The position numbers and the translations under genes were made by a program. From positions 96,001 through 160,000 of the forward strand of contig CAVTRY010000013.1 in NCBI GenBank assembly GCA_963737265.1: 64,000 nt of DNA, written 5' to 3'. Within the stretch, counting starts at the first letter, position 1, and every line of letters begins with the position of its first letter. The DNA comes from an uncultured delta proteobacterium (GTDB lineage: Bacteria > Myxococcota_A > Polyangia > Fen-1088). Positions 49,128 through 58,673 of the stretch are shown in pieces. The notes beneath the pieces were generated by a model. The model was not told the DNA's origin. It did not search any database and saw only the letters and a program-made list of their open reading frames with translations.

Positions 49128-50843
49128 TCACGGGTACAGGCCGTCGACAATTCCGTTGATGTACTTCTCGATGTTGGTGTAGCCGGTCTTGTCGAAGTCG
49201 CCGGTGGCGTCGGAGGGGTCGTTGGGATTCAGGCCGTACTTGGTTTCCCAGGCATCCGGCATGCCGTCCTTGTCGGTGTCGACGGGTGCGGTTCCGCCCG
49301 CCAGTGTCCCGTAGCCGCTGTTGGCGAGACCTGTCGCGGTTTGGTCCGTCCACAGCGAGCCGGACTTTCCCAGCGACTTCACGTCGGCGACTACGAGCGC
49401 ATCGACCTGATCGCGGTGCAATGACGCGCCGGCGCCGGTCACAACGGTGGCGTATGCGTCCGCCGCGCTCGTGGTCGGCATGGTTGCGGTATCCGCAGAG
49501 CTTGCCGCGTTCGCTTTGGTCGTGCCCCCCGGAGAACCTGCATCCGTACCGTTGAGCGTGCCATCCTTGTCGCTGTCTAGGAGATTCCCCTTGACGTACA
49601 CCGTTTGCCCGCTGTTCATTTGGAAATAATCGTCCCCGGGACTGCTCGTCGACGGGCCCGCGATGAAGTAGTTGTTGACAAGGTCGTGCCAGAACACGCC
49701 GCTGGTGTCCCCGGCACAATAGGCGTACCCGTAGTTGTAGACCACATTGTTGACGAACTGGGTGTTGGACTTGGCCAGGGGCTGCCGACCATGGGCGTTG
49801 GCCCACAGGCTGCCGTACCAGCTGAAGAAGCCCCCGGTCATCTCGGTGTGCGCCCCGAACTGTTGCCCGGTCGGATCTGCGACGATGGAGTTCTGCACGG
49901 TGACATTGGTCGCCCCCACCGCGTCGATGCTGTCGTACTGCGCGAACTCGATGGAAACGTGGTCGAAGATCAGGTTACTGCCATCGAGCAGATTGATTCC
50001 GCTCTTCTTGGCGCCGGCGGCGCCGGTATCGAGCAGGCCTTGGCGGAAGCGCACGTAGCGCACAATCACGTTCGACGAGGCGTCGAACGAGACCTCGCGC
50101 CCCATGAAGCCGATGCCGTCGCCGGGCGCGGTTTGCCCCGCGATGATCAAGTCGCTCTTGACCGACACGGGCGTTTGCAGATTGACGTAGCCGCCGACAT
50201 CGAAGACCACAATGCGGTTTCCCTTGCCGACGGCGTCGCGGAAGGATCCGGCGCCGGCGTCGCTCAAATTGGTGACGTGATAGACGGCGCTGCCGCGTCC
50301 GCCGGTTGCTTTCTTGCCAAACCCGAGCGCGCCGGGGAATGCGAGAGCCGGCCCAGTGGCGCCCGTCGCGCCGCCCGCGCTGGATCGGCCGCCTGCGCCC
50401 GAGGCGCCGCCTACGCCCGAGACACCGCCTTGTCCGCTCGCGCCTCCCGAGCCCGTCGCTCCCCCCGAGCCAGTCGCACCACCTGTTCCGGTCGTGCCGC
50501 CCTTGCCGGTCGTCGTACCGCCCGTACCGGCTGCAACGCCGGCCGAACCTCCGCGGCTCGTCGCGCCGCCGGAACCGATCTCACCGCCCAAAGCAGCGCC
50601 ACCAGAGACAGTCGCGCCGCCCGTCCGTGTCGTTCCACCGTTACCTGGGCTGCCTCCGCTTGCAACGACGCCACCCGTGCCCGAGCTTCCCGCCAGCGCG
50701 CCCCCCGAGGTGGCGTTCTCGCCAGTGGCAGTTGCGCCGCCGTTACCCGAGCACGCGCTGACGAGACCGATGCTCAGTGTCGCAGCTCCCAAGAGATATC
50801 GTCTGTTTGTCATGGTGCCGCAGGTGCGGAACGCTGGGTTCAT
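49128..50843 (-). CDS. Pectate-lyase-like (PL1-type beta-helix) lipoprotein with Gly-rich linker
   Basis: Lipobox VSAC; AFPGALGFG..ATGGRG..VYHVTNL.D.G.GSFR, IAGQTAPGDG, IFDHVS, DTDKDGMPDAWE, GYTNIEKYIN. Confidence 0.85.
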   Translation of the reverse strand: MNPAFRTCGTMTNRRYLLGAATLSIGLVSACSGNGGATATGENATSGGALAGSSGTGGVVASGGSPGNGGTTRTGGATVSGGAALGGEIGSGGATSRGGSAGVAAGTGGTTTGKGGTTGTGGATGSGGATGSGGASGQGGVSGVGGASGAGGRSSAGGATGATGPALAFPGALGFGKKATGGRGSAVYHVTNLSDAGAGSFRDAVGKGNRIVVFDVGGYVNLQTPVSVKSDLIIAGQTAPGDGIGFMGREVSFDASSNVIVRYVRFRQGLLDTGAAGAKKSGINLLDGSNLIFDHVSIEFAQYDSIDAVGATNVTVQNSIVADPTGQQFGAHTEMTGGFFSWYGSLWANAHGRQPLAKSNTQFVNNVVYNYGYAYCAGDTSGVFWHDLVNNYFIAGPSTSSPGDDYFQMNSGQTVYVKGNLLDSDKDGTLNGTDAGSPGGTTKANAASSADTATMPTTSAADAYATVVTGAGASLHRDQVDALVVADVKSLGKSGSLWTDQTATGLANSGYGTLAGGTAPVDTDKDGMPDAWETKYGLNPNDPSDATGDFDKTGYTNIEKYINGIVDGLYP

Positions 50844-50882
50844 GCGGGTAGTATGGCCTACCGGCGGGGCGTTAGGCCACAC

Positions 50883-51004
50883 GCTACAGGCCGCAGGCTG
50901 CAGGCTACAGGCTGCAGGCTAGGCGGCGCTCGGCTCTGATCGCCGCTCTCGGCCAGAGGACCTGAAGCCCGAAGCCTGGAGCCTAAAGCCTATAGCCTGT
51001 AGCC
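50883..51004. repeat. Inverted arrays of heptamers, (GCTRCAG)5-6 ... (CTRNAGC)6
   Basis: gctacag gccgcag gctgcag gctacag gctgcag (50883-50917) and ctgaagc ccgaagc ctggagc ctaaagc ctatagc ctgtagc (50962-51003). Confidence 0.85.
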
Positions 51005-51039
51005 TTGGCTTGCGGGCGAAGCCCGCGCTGCGGGCAGAG

Positions 51040-51771
51040 TCACCTCGGCCCGGCGCTGGGCTTGATGATCGTCAAGTTGTGACAGGCGCCACTTTCGCCG
51101 CCCTTGCAGGCCTTGCCGAACAGTTCGGCGGCGTGTGCATCGTCTTGGGCGAGTCCGCACTGGCCTTGGTGGTAGCAGACGCCTAGGTTGTTGCAGGTGC
51201 TCATCTCTCCGCCGGCACACGCCTTTTCGTAAAGCGAGACCGCGCGCAGGCCATTCTTGGGCAGCCCGCACCCGCCGAATTCGTAGCACACGCCGAGCTG
51301 TCCGCACGAGCCCATGTCGCCGCCGTCGCAGGCCTTGTGAAATAGGTCGACGCCGTGGGCGCCATCCTTGCTCACGCCGCAGGTGCCGGTCCAGTAGCAA
51401 GTTCCAAGCAGTGCGCAGGCGGCCATTTCGCCGGCGTCGCAAGCCTTTTGGTAAAAGACGCTGGCGCGTGGATCGTCTTCATCGAACGTCGGCATTCTGT
51501 GGGTGTTGAGCGCAACGATCCTGTAGACGCAGAAGATCGCCAGGAGAGTAGCCGCGGCCGCGCTGCCTAGCTGCATCGGCCAGGCCATCTCCCGCCTTCG
51601 CTGACCCACCAGCGCCATGGCGAGTGCCAGCACGAAGAGACCGAGGGCGATCTTGCGTGCGACCTGAATGAAGTAGATGGGCGCGCCGAGAGGTGCGTGC
51701 GCGAAGGGCAGAAAGCATCCCATGATCGCCGCGATCGCGACAACGGCTATCACTGTGCGTTGTCTGTGCAT
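51040..51771 (-). CDS. Membrane-anchored Sel1-like (Cys-containing, Hcp-type) repeat protein
   Basis: Three N-terminal TM segments, then repeats KACDAG...C..LG.CY..G.CG. Confidence 0.85.
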   Translation of the reverse strand: MHRQRTVIAVVAIAAIMGCFLPFAHAPLGAPIYFIQVARKIALGLFVLALAMALVGQRRREMAWPMQLGSAAAATLLAIFCVYRIVALNTHRMPTFDEDDPRASVFYQKACDAGEMAACALLGTCYWTGTCGVSKDGAHGVDLFHKACDGGDMGSCGQLGVCYEFGGCGLPKNGLRAVSLYEKACAGGEMSTCNNLGVCYHQGQCGLAQDDAHAAELFGKACKGGESGACHNLTIIKPSAGPR

Positions 51772-51853
51772 CTTTCTTCCCGACAACCTGTGGCTCCCAG
51801 GTTGATCGTTACCTCCCGTTTACATCGGCGATCGCGCCGGGAAGTTGAACGTG

Positions 51854-52576
51854 CTAGTCGAAAAATGCCTCGGTGCGAATTTGCCGTTTGCGTTCGACGC
51901 CGAGCTGGATCAGCGCCGACTTTGTCTCGGAGATCATCGCCCCGTTGCCGACCAGGTAGAACGTCGGTGCGTTCAGCGTCGCTGCAATGCCAAGGATGCT
52001 CTCGCTGATGCGGCCCTGCCGACCTTGCCAGTCGGGTCCGGCGGCGGTGAGGTAAATGGCTAGCTCGGCGCCCGACCGTCGGCACAGGTCCTCGATCTCG
52101 TCGCGAGCGAAAATGTCCTGTTCGCGGCGCAGACCCCAGTGGACGAAACGTCGTCCCGCCGCGCGTTCGGGCGCCCGCGCCAGCTCCTCCAGCATGGGCA
52201 AGACTGCGGCCAGGCCGGTTCCGGTGGCGCCGAAGACCACGTCTCCGGGATGCGACGGCTGCAGCATGAAGACGCCATAGGGGCCGGCCATCGCTATCGT
52301 CTGGCCGAGCGGCAGGTGGAGCAGGAAGTCGCTGGCCTGGCCGCCGGGAACCTCGCGCATGATGAAGCGGATTTGTTCGCCGGCGTGGGTGGGCGACGCG
52401 ATGGAATAGCTGCGCCTCAAGAAGCCGTCCCTGGTTCCTGTGGGTACGCGCAGGGTCACGAACTGGCCGGCGCGGAAATCCAACCGGTTCGGCGACTTCA
52501 TGGCGAACACCAGATCGAACACACCCGAGGCGATGTGCGTTCGTCCGATGAGGGCGGCTTCGAAGGCGGCGTGCAC
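51854..52576 (-). CDS. FAD/NAD(P)-binding ferredoxin-reductase-like oxidoreductase
   Basis: FRAGQFV, RRSYSIAS, GGQASDFL, GPYG.F, ATGTGLA, GRQGRI, E.FF C-terminus. Confidence 0.88.
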   Translation of the reverse strand: MHAAFEAALIGRTHIASGVFDLVFAMKSPNRLDFRAGQFVTLRVPTGTRDGFLRRSYSIASPTHAGEQIRFIMREVPGGQASDFLLHLPLGQTIAMAGPYGVFMLQPSHPGDVVFGATGTGLAAVLPMLEELARAPERAAGRRFVHWGLRREQDIFARDEIEDLCRRSGAELAIYLTAAGPDWQGRQGRISESILGIAATLNAPTFYLVGNGAMISETKSALIQLGVERKRQIRTEAFFD

Positions 52577-52634
52577 AGCCGGTTGACTATAGTGTGCTCA
52601 CCCAGGGTGCGCACGAAAACCCGGCGCTACCAGA

Positions 52635-52898
52635 GCGGTAGAAAGCCATGGCGTGGCGATTTTCGGTGGCTTCGAGGGACTCAACCGTGCCCCCGCCAAT
52701 CCCGATCCGTCGTCGCCGCTCTTGCGCGCGCGGGGACGCGTGGTCTTTGGCGGCGTGCAGGTCGAGACGCGCCTGCCCGGCGAACAGCTTGGCGGATATC
52801 AGCAACATCACCGTCGTGATGACCGCCACGCTCTGCGTGACGAGCGGCGCGCACTAAAGAGGAAGATGAAGGAACTAAAGCGGTCCGAGCCTGGGTAG
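52635..52898 (+). pseudogene. 3' remnant of a LiaF/DUF1707-like gene
   Basis: AVESHGVAIFGGFEG..APANPDPSSPLLR.RGRVVFGGVQVETRLPGE; no 5' part. Confidence 0.55.
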
Positions 52899-53101
52899 CC
52901 TGGAACCAAGGTGCAGATTTTGCGGCCGGCGCTGCGCAATCTGCAGATGCAGCGTCCTTTCGTTGTGTCGCGCGGCGATGAAACAGTCGGAAATAGTGGG
53001 TATTGCAGCCCGTCGAGTGCGTGGCGCAATCATTGCTAGCATATCGCAATAGGTGCTGGCACGAGCCGGTTCTGCGGACAGAACGGGTAGCAACCAAACG
53101 A

Positions 53102-54379
53102 ATGCTGAAGCGACTCACAACGGCTGTGACATCGGTCTTGCTTTCGATTTGTGGCTGCAGCGGCAGCAGTGACGGCCCCGCGCCTCCCACCAGCGGAGCC
53201 GGCATCGTCGACGTGGAGCAGACCGGTAGCTCGGGCGGCGCATTGGCGACCGGCTCGAACGTGGTTTCCGCCGTCGTGGACCAAGGTCCGTCTGGCCTGG
53301 ACGTTCCCTACACGAACGGGCTCTTTGTCACAGCAACCGTATGCGCGCCGGGCACCAGCGACTGTCAAATCATCGATCACCTGCTCGTCGACACGGGGTC
53401 GGTCGGTCTGCGCGTCCTCGGCTCGGTGTTGACGGTGGCTTTGCCCGCGGCAAAGGACGCAACCGGGCTGGCACTGGCCGAATGTCTACCCTTCGTTGAT
53501 GGCTCCTCGTGGGGAACGGTAGGTAGCGCGGATCTCCGAATCGGAGGGGAGGCCGCCAGCGCGTTGTCTGTCCAGGTCATTGGCGAGCAATCCTATCCGG
53601 TGCCATCCGATTGCACCGGAACCCCCGCCAACGATTTGAACAGTCTGGGCGCAAACGGAATCTTGGGCGTAGGCTCCTACCTGAATGACTGCGGCACGGA
53701 CTGTGCGCAGCCGGCGATCTCCCGGTCGAATCCGGGCTTTTACTACAGTTGCAGCTCTGCTCAAGCGGGCGGTTGCCAAGCGACGTCGGTTCCCATTGCG
53801 CTACAAGTCCTCAATCCCGTGGTCGCATTCCCAGTCGACAACAACGGCGTGATCATTCAATTGCCAGCACTTTTCGCAGCCGGGGCGCCGTCGGCCTCCG
53901 GTGTGCTGGTATTCGGCATTGGCACGCAGGCGAACAACGGGCTAGGAAACGCCGCAGTCTTTGCTCTCGATGTCAACGGGTACGTGGAAACCGCATTTCC
54001 GGTCGGCGGTGTTCAATACACGAGCTACCTGGATAGCGGATCCAATGCCTTCTTCTTTCTGGATCAGGGCACAACCGGAATCCCGCTTTGTCCTGGCGAC
54101 ATGAACATCTTCTACTGCCCCACTAGCACGAGGAACCTCAACGCGGCGATCGTGGTCGGTGACACCAGCGCCAATGTCAGTTTTGGCGTCGCCAATGCTG
54201 ACCAGCTGGCCGCTCGCAATTTCGCCTTCAATAACCTGGCTGGTCCCATGGGGGGCTATCCCAACCCCCAGCAGCCCAGCTTTGACTGGGGATTGCCATT
54301 CTTCTTCGGACGGAGCGTCTTTACCGCCATTGAGGACCAGTCCACGCCTGCCGGTTCCGGCCCGTACTTCGCGTTCTAG
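53102..54379 (+). CDS. DUF3443 family lipoprotein (pepsin-like two-Asp motifs)
   Basis: TVCAPGTSDCQIIDHLLVDTGSVGLR, LGANGILGVG, NPV..FPVDNNGV, LDSGSN, FDWGLPFFFGR, GPYFAF. Confidence 0.9.
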   Translation: MLKRLTTAVTSVLLSICGCSGSSDGPAPPTSGAGIVDVEQTGSSGGALATGSNVVSAVVDQGPSGLDVPYTNGLFVTATVCAPGTSDCQIIDHLLVDTGSVGLRVLGSVLTVALPAAKDATGLALAECLPFVDGSSWGTVGSADLRIGGEAASALSVQVIGEQSYPVPSDCTGTPANDLNSLGANGILGVGSYLNDCGTDCAQPAISRSNPGFYYSCSSAQAGGCQATSVPIALQVLNPVVAFPVDNNGVIIQLPALFAAGAPSASGVLVFGIGTQANNGLGNAAVFALDVNGYVETAFPVGGVQYTSYLDSGSNAFFFLDQGTTGIPLCPGDMNIFYCPTSTRNLNAAIVVGDTSANVSFGVANADQLAARNFAFNNLAGPMGGYPNPQQPSFDWGLPFFFGRSVFTAIEDQSTPAGSGPYFAF

Positions 54380-56556
54380 GCTACGCCCCCGCCGAAACGT
54401 CGCCGCCATCCGTGCAGACCCGCCGCCGCGGCGAAGACAGCGAGGGCGATGAGGCTGATGGCGAGAGCCGCGTGCAAGTGTAGCGGCGTAAATGCCAGTG
54501 ACAGTCGATGCTGGCCGGAGGGAAGCTGCGCCCCCATCAGGCTGAGATTGGTCGGGTACAGCCGAACCGGCTGGCCGTCAACGATCGCGCTCCAGCCCGG
54601 GTGCCACATCTCGCTCACCACCACGAAACACCTGCTACCGCATCGATAGGAGAGGTCGAGAATTCCATCGCCAGAACGCACGACCGACAGTCTGTCGTCG
54701 GCGGATGGCGCGAAAGGGCGCATGATTGGCGTCGAGTCCAACTTCTCGACTATGGCGAGCCCCTCGGTCGAGCGTGTCGCCAGCTCGGCTTGCGCCGACG
54801 AGGAATTCGGCACCACCAGCATCTTCTCTGCGAAGAAGGCCCGTGGCCGCACAGTGCGGTTGCGGTAGACGGAGACGTCGGTGTCGCGCATACCCCGGTA
54901 AAAGACGAACACCGGCTCGTGCGGGAACCGTTCGAGTAACTCGAACCGCTCCGGCGGCAAGGCCAGGGGCTCGGACGAAAGGAGGTACTTCACGTTCAGG
55001 TCGTCGAGAAGATCCCAACGCATTACCTGCATGAGATCAGTCCATACGACAGCGTCGTCGCGGCGGGCGTGCCCGAATTGCAACAAGTCCATGTACTGTT
55101 GATAGCGGCGCAGGTTGTAGGGCTCGTAGCCCGTGATGAGCTGCAGCCCGTGGCTGGCGGCCGATCCGTAGGCCAGCGTAAAACGGCCGACGGGCGCCAC
55201 GCGAAACAGCGATGGATCCCGCGCCAACAGCCTCGCGCTTGGCGTGGACGGCTGAAAGAAAGAGAGCGGTTTGGCGTCGAGATAGCGGCGGGCATAGACG
55301 ACGCCCTCGCTCGCTTGCAGCAGGACCAGAATTGCGGGAACAACGTGTGACAAACGCGTCCAACGGCCGCGCAACCGTTCGATGGACGCGTCGAGGCCCA
55401 CGCCCGCCAGTACAATGCCAAAGAATGCGGTGAGAAAGAGCATGCGCGCTGGCGAACGAAATAGCGAGAGGATGGGCAAGCAAGAGGTCAATCGCAGCAG
55501 TGGCGTGTCTAGCGCAAACAACAACGACAAGAGAAATCCGGCGACCAGAAACTGGGTGGTGGGGCGACGCCACGCCAGAATGGCACCTGCCCCGGCGAGC
55601 AAGAGCGGCAGCAGCCCAAAGTAGGCATTGTCTTCCCACATCTCCCCGCCGAGATAACTCCCGTCGAGCGGGGTACCGAGGGCTTCCGGACAAAACAACG
55701 TCAACAGATGGCGCAGGCCCAAGCGGTGTCCGGATTGCAAGAATTCACTCGATGCCTGTAAGCGCGACACGAGTGGAGCTTCAGCCAACATGGGCCACAG
55801 GAGATAGAGCGTCGATGCGATGGCCAGCACCGAGGCGGCGAGCGCCCACAGCGACAGCCGACGGGCATAGGCCCGCTCGCCAGGCCGCCACCGGCTCACA
55901 GCCACGGCGAAAAGATAGACCGCGGCGAACCCGCCCGCATAAAGCGGGATCTGCAAATGCCCGGCGTGGAGACAAAGTATGCCACCGGCAGCCAGTGCGA
56001 GCGCCGATCCCGGGCCGGGTCTTCGAGCCAGCCAGAACGCTGCGGCGAAAAGCAAGGGAACTGTACTGATCCCTGCCAGCGGACCCAGCCATCCGGCGTA
56101 GACAGCGAGGATGAGCTTGAACTCGAATAGCCCCGCCACACCCAGGAAGACACACGACCAGCGGCCGAGTCCCAAGGCGCGCCCGGTAAGATAGCAACCG
56201 AGGGCTCCGAACAGGAGTTCGATTGCGAAGGTCAAGCCAACGGAATGGGCCGGGCTGGCAATAAGGAACGCCAAGTGCAACGGATTGGTGTAAAGGGCGT
56301 TGGGACTGCTAAACGCGGGGGTTCCGGAAAGCTGGTCCGAACGCCAATAGGGAATGCCGAGGCCTTGTTCCAGCGAGCGATGCAATACCTCCTTGACCGC
56401 CAAGTGATAGGCAACGACGTCGGAATGAGGGGAATAGGGAACGGAATCCGACCGCAGAAGAGCGCTGTAACCGGCCAGGAACAGGAGCAGAAATAGGATG
56501 GCCATGAGAAGGCGCAATCGAGCTGTTGCCTCGAAACAAAGACGAAGACGCGGCAC
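54376..56556 (-). CDS. YfhO-family GT-C membrane glycosyltransferase
   Basis: G.IPYW....SGTP, AGHLQ, FRSPAR, LNVKY, SEMWHPGWSA.VDG, LPSGQH; AAGGAGG RBS before GTG. Confidence 0.85.
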   Translation of the reverse strand: MPRLRLCFEATARLRLLMAILFLLLFLAGYSALLRSDSVPYSPHSDVVAYHLAVKEVLHRSLEQGLGIPYWRSDQLSGTPAFSSPNALYTNPLHLAFLIASPAHSVGLTFAIELLFGALGCYLTGRALGLGRWSCVFLGVAGLFEFKLILAVYAGWLGPLAGISTVPLLFAAAFWLARRPGPGSALALAAGGILCLHAGHLQIPLYAGGFAAVYLFAVAVSRWRPGERAYARRLSLWALAASVLAIASTLYLLWPMLAEAPLVSRLQASSEFLQSGHRLGLRHLLTLFCPEALGTPLDGSYLGGEMWEDNAYFGLLPLLLAGAGAILAWRRPTTQFLVAGFLLSLLFALDTPLLRLTSCLPILSLFRSPARMLFLTAFFGIVLAGVGLDASIERLRGRWTRLSHVVPAILVLLQASEGVVYARRYLDAKPLSFFQPSTPSARLLARDPSLFRVAPVGRFTLAYGSAASHGLQLITGYEPYNLRRYQQYMDLLQFGHARRDDAVVWTDLMQVMRWDLLDDLNVKYLLSSEPLALPPERFELLERFPHEPVFVFYRGMRDTDVSVYRNRTVRPRAFFAEKMLVVPNSSSAQAELATRSTEGLAIVEKLDSTPIMRPFAPSADDRLSVVRSGDGILDLSYRCGSRCFVVVSEMWHPGWSAIVDGQPVRLYPTNLSLMGAQLPSGQHRLSLAFTPLHLHAALAISLIALAVFAAAAGLHGWRRRFGGGVA

Positions 56557-56560
56557 CGGT

Positions 56561-58151
56561 TCACCCTCCTTCGGTGGCGATATCGCCCAGAACCAATAGG
56601 ACGATGGCACCCGGGTAACGATAGACGTGCTCGGCCTTGGGCAGCAGCTGTTGATAGAGCCTTCTATTGGGAAGCGTGGACTGGGCCGAGTCACTCAGAT
56701 CGAGAATCGCGCAATAGCGTGTTCCCGCCGCAATGGCGTCGCCAGTCGCCTGGGCATAGGAGGGAATCCTAGGCGTGTAGATTGGAGCCAGCCTGAGTTG
56801 TTCCTGCGTAAGAAGGGACAGACTGTAGGCGTACCAGTAGTCCGCCAGGCCTACCCGACAGCCGTCGGATAAGGCCTGCACGGCTATTGCCCTTTTCGTA
56901 GCCGAGGCGTGCGCGCGCGACTCATCTCGCTGCGCTATAAACAGAGCCGCGGCGCCGAGCACGAAGGGAAGGGAAGCACAGGTGAAGCGGAAAGTGCGAG
57001 TCACGGCACCCTGCGCGGGCTTTCCCGGATGGGGCGGTCTGGCTTGCATGAACCGATCGATGGCCGCTGCCCAGGCCACGGCGAGGGCAAATTGAACGGG
57101 CCAAAGGTAGCGGTAACCGCTGTCGAAAACGCGGCGGTTGAGCACAACGAGCACGGCGGACGCAGCGGCGAGCAGAAACACACTTGCGGGAACAAAAGCC
57201 GTGCGCTGGCCTTGGTGCCAAGCGCGCGCCGCCGGTAGCACGGCCAGCACGATGAGCAGAAGGGAAACCCCGGCGCCGAGGAAGATGGCCACGCCGCCCG
57301 CCACACCCAGCGTGGAAAGTTTGCCGAAGAAATACTGGGGCAGCGTTCCGAGAACAAGATCGATTGTGCGCCTGGGAAGAGCGGAAATGCGTGCCAGGGC
57401 GAAACCACCTGCACGGTAAGGCGCATACCAACTCTCGGGCGAATAGGAATGGATAATTCTCGGGAGCGCTCCCGTGGCAAAGCCGACAACCAAAAGGAGG
57501 AGCTTGGCCAAGGGAATTTTGCGCACGTCGTTCCACTGGCGCATCCAAATCGCCAGGATGCAGACGACCGGCAGCCACACGAAGGGCGAGACCCAGTACC
57601 CGACGCCAATCCACAGGCCGACGAGAAAGGCCCGTCGTTGGAGTGTCCGCAGGTCTCGGGACCAGAAGAGCAGCGTGGCGAAAATGAAGCAGTTGTTCAG
57701 GTGAATTCCGTAGAGGTGAGACATGAATCGGGAATAGGTCATGCCGCCAACGGCAAGCATCGCCGCAGCGGCGATGCGGGTGGTGCGCGACGAGAACGTG
57801 GCGGCGAGGGCGCGATAGAACAGCCATTCCGTCGCGAACGCGAGCACGGCTGCGGCGAGCCGAAAAACATAGATTCCACTCGGCAGGATCCGCTCCAGAC
57901 CGGCGGCCAACAGGACTTCGAAATCCACCACCGTAGGTCTGGCCGTAGGCGAACCTTGGCAGCTCTCCTCGTGCGATGTGGCGGGCCATCAGCCCGAGCA
58001 CCGCCTCGTCCGAGTCCAAGGGCAGGACGTCGGGAAAGGCCACCGGCACAAGCTTGAAGAGGCCGCTCAGCAGAAAAAACGCGATGACGCCGGCCCCGGG
58101 TGCTTTGCGCACGAATTCGAGGCCTTGGGATTTCAACGCGGCCAACGCCAT
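56561..58151 (-). pseudogene. ArnT/PMT-like GT-C membrane protein with a +1 frameshift at about 57921-57923
   Basis: DSDEAVLGLMARHI..YGQTYGG in one frame continues as FEVLLAA in another; removing one T from GGATTTCGAA restores YGGGFEV. Confidence 0.8.
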
Positions 58152-58172
58152 GGCACGCGAGTGTACTTCGGA

Positions 58173-58673
58173 TCAGTCTTTGTTGCCCGCTTCGCCGCTT
58201 GCTGGGCTTGCTGGTTGGGCCCGGCCCCGCATTCGTGCGAACAGAGCGTCGAGTGAGAATAGGCCCGATCCCAGGGTGACGATCGCGACCGCAAGAACGA
58301 TATAGATGAATTCGTCGAGTGCGAACAGGTCCACGATACCGTGAAGGTCGTCTCGCTTGGCGGTGACGATGGCGATGGTCATGTTGGCGACGATGGGCAG
58401 CGCGGCCAGCCGCCCCAGCAAGCCCACCAGGAGCAGGGCTCCGCACCCGAGCTCGGTCAAGGATACCAGGACCGCATTGGCGTGCGGCGACGGGATACCA
58501 AGCTCGGTGAAGTAGGCCGTGACCTTGGCGAGGTCGTGAATCTTGCCCCAGCCGCTCGGCACGAAGACCGCCGCGAGAGACAAGCGAACCAAGAGCAACG
58601 CCACGGGTTGTCCCCGGGTTGCCCACGCCAGGGGCCAAGCAGTCAATCGTCGGACTCTGTCGGCTGCGCTCAT
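58173..58673 (-). CDS. DoxX family membrane protein (BufD-like)
   Basis: LLVRL..A.VF..SGWGKI, F..LGIP, ELGCG.LLLVGL..RLAA, G.G.FSLD; ATGA coupling. Confidence 0.9.
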   Translation of the reverse strand: MSAADRVRRLTAWPLAWATRGQPVALLLVRLSLAAVFVPSGWGKIHDLAKVTAYFTELGIPSPHANAVLVSLTELGCGALLLVGLLGRLAALPIVANMTIAIVTAKRDDLHGIVDLFALDEFIYIVLAVAIVTLGSGLFSLDALFARMRGRAQPASPASGEAGNKD

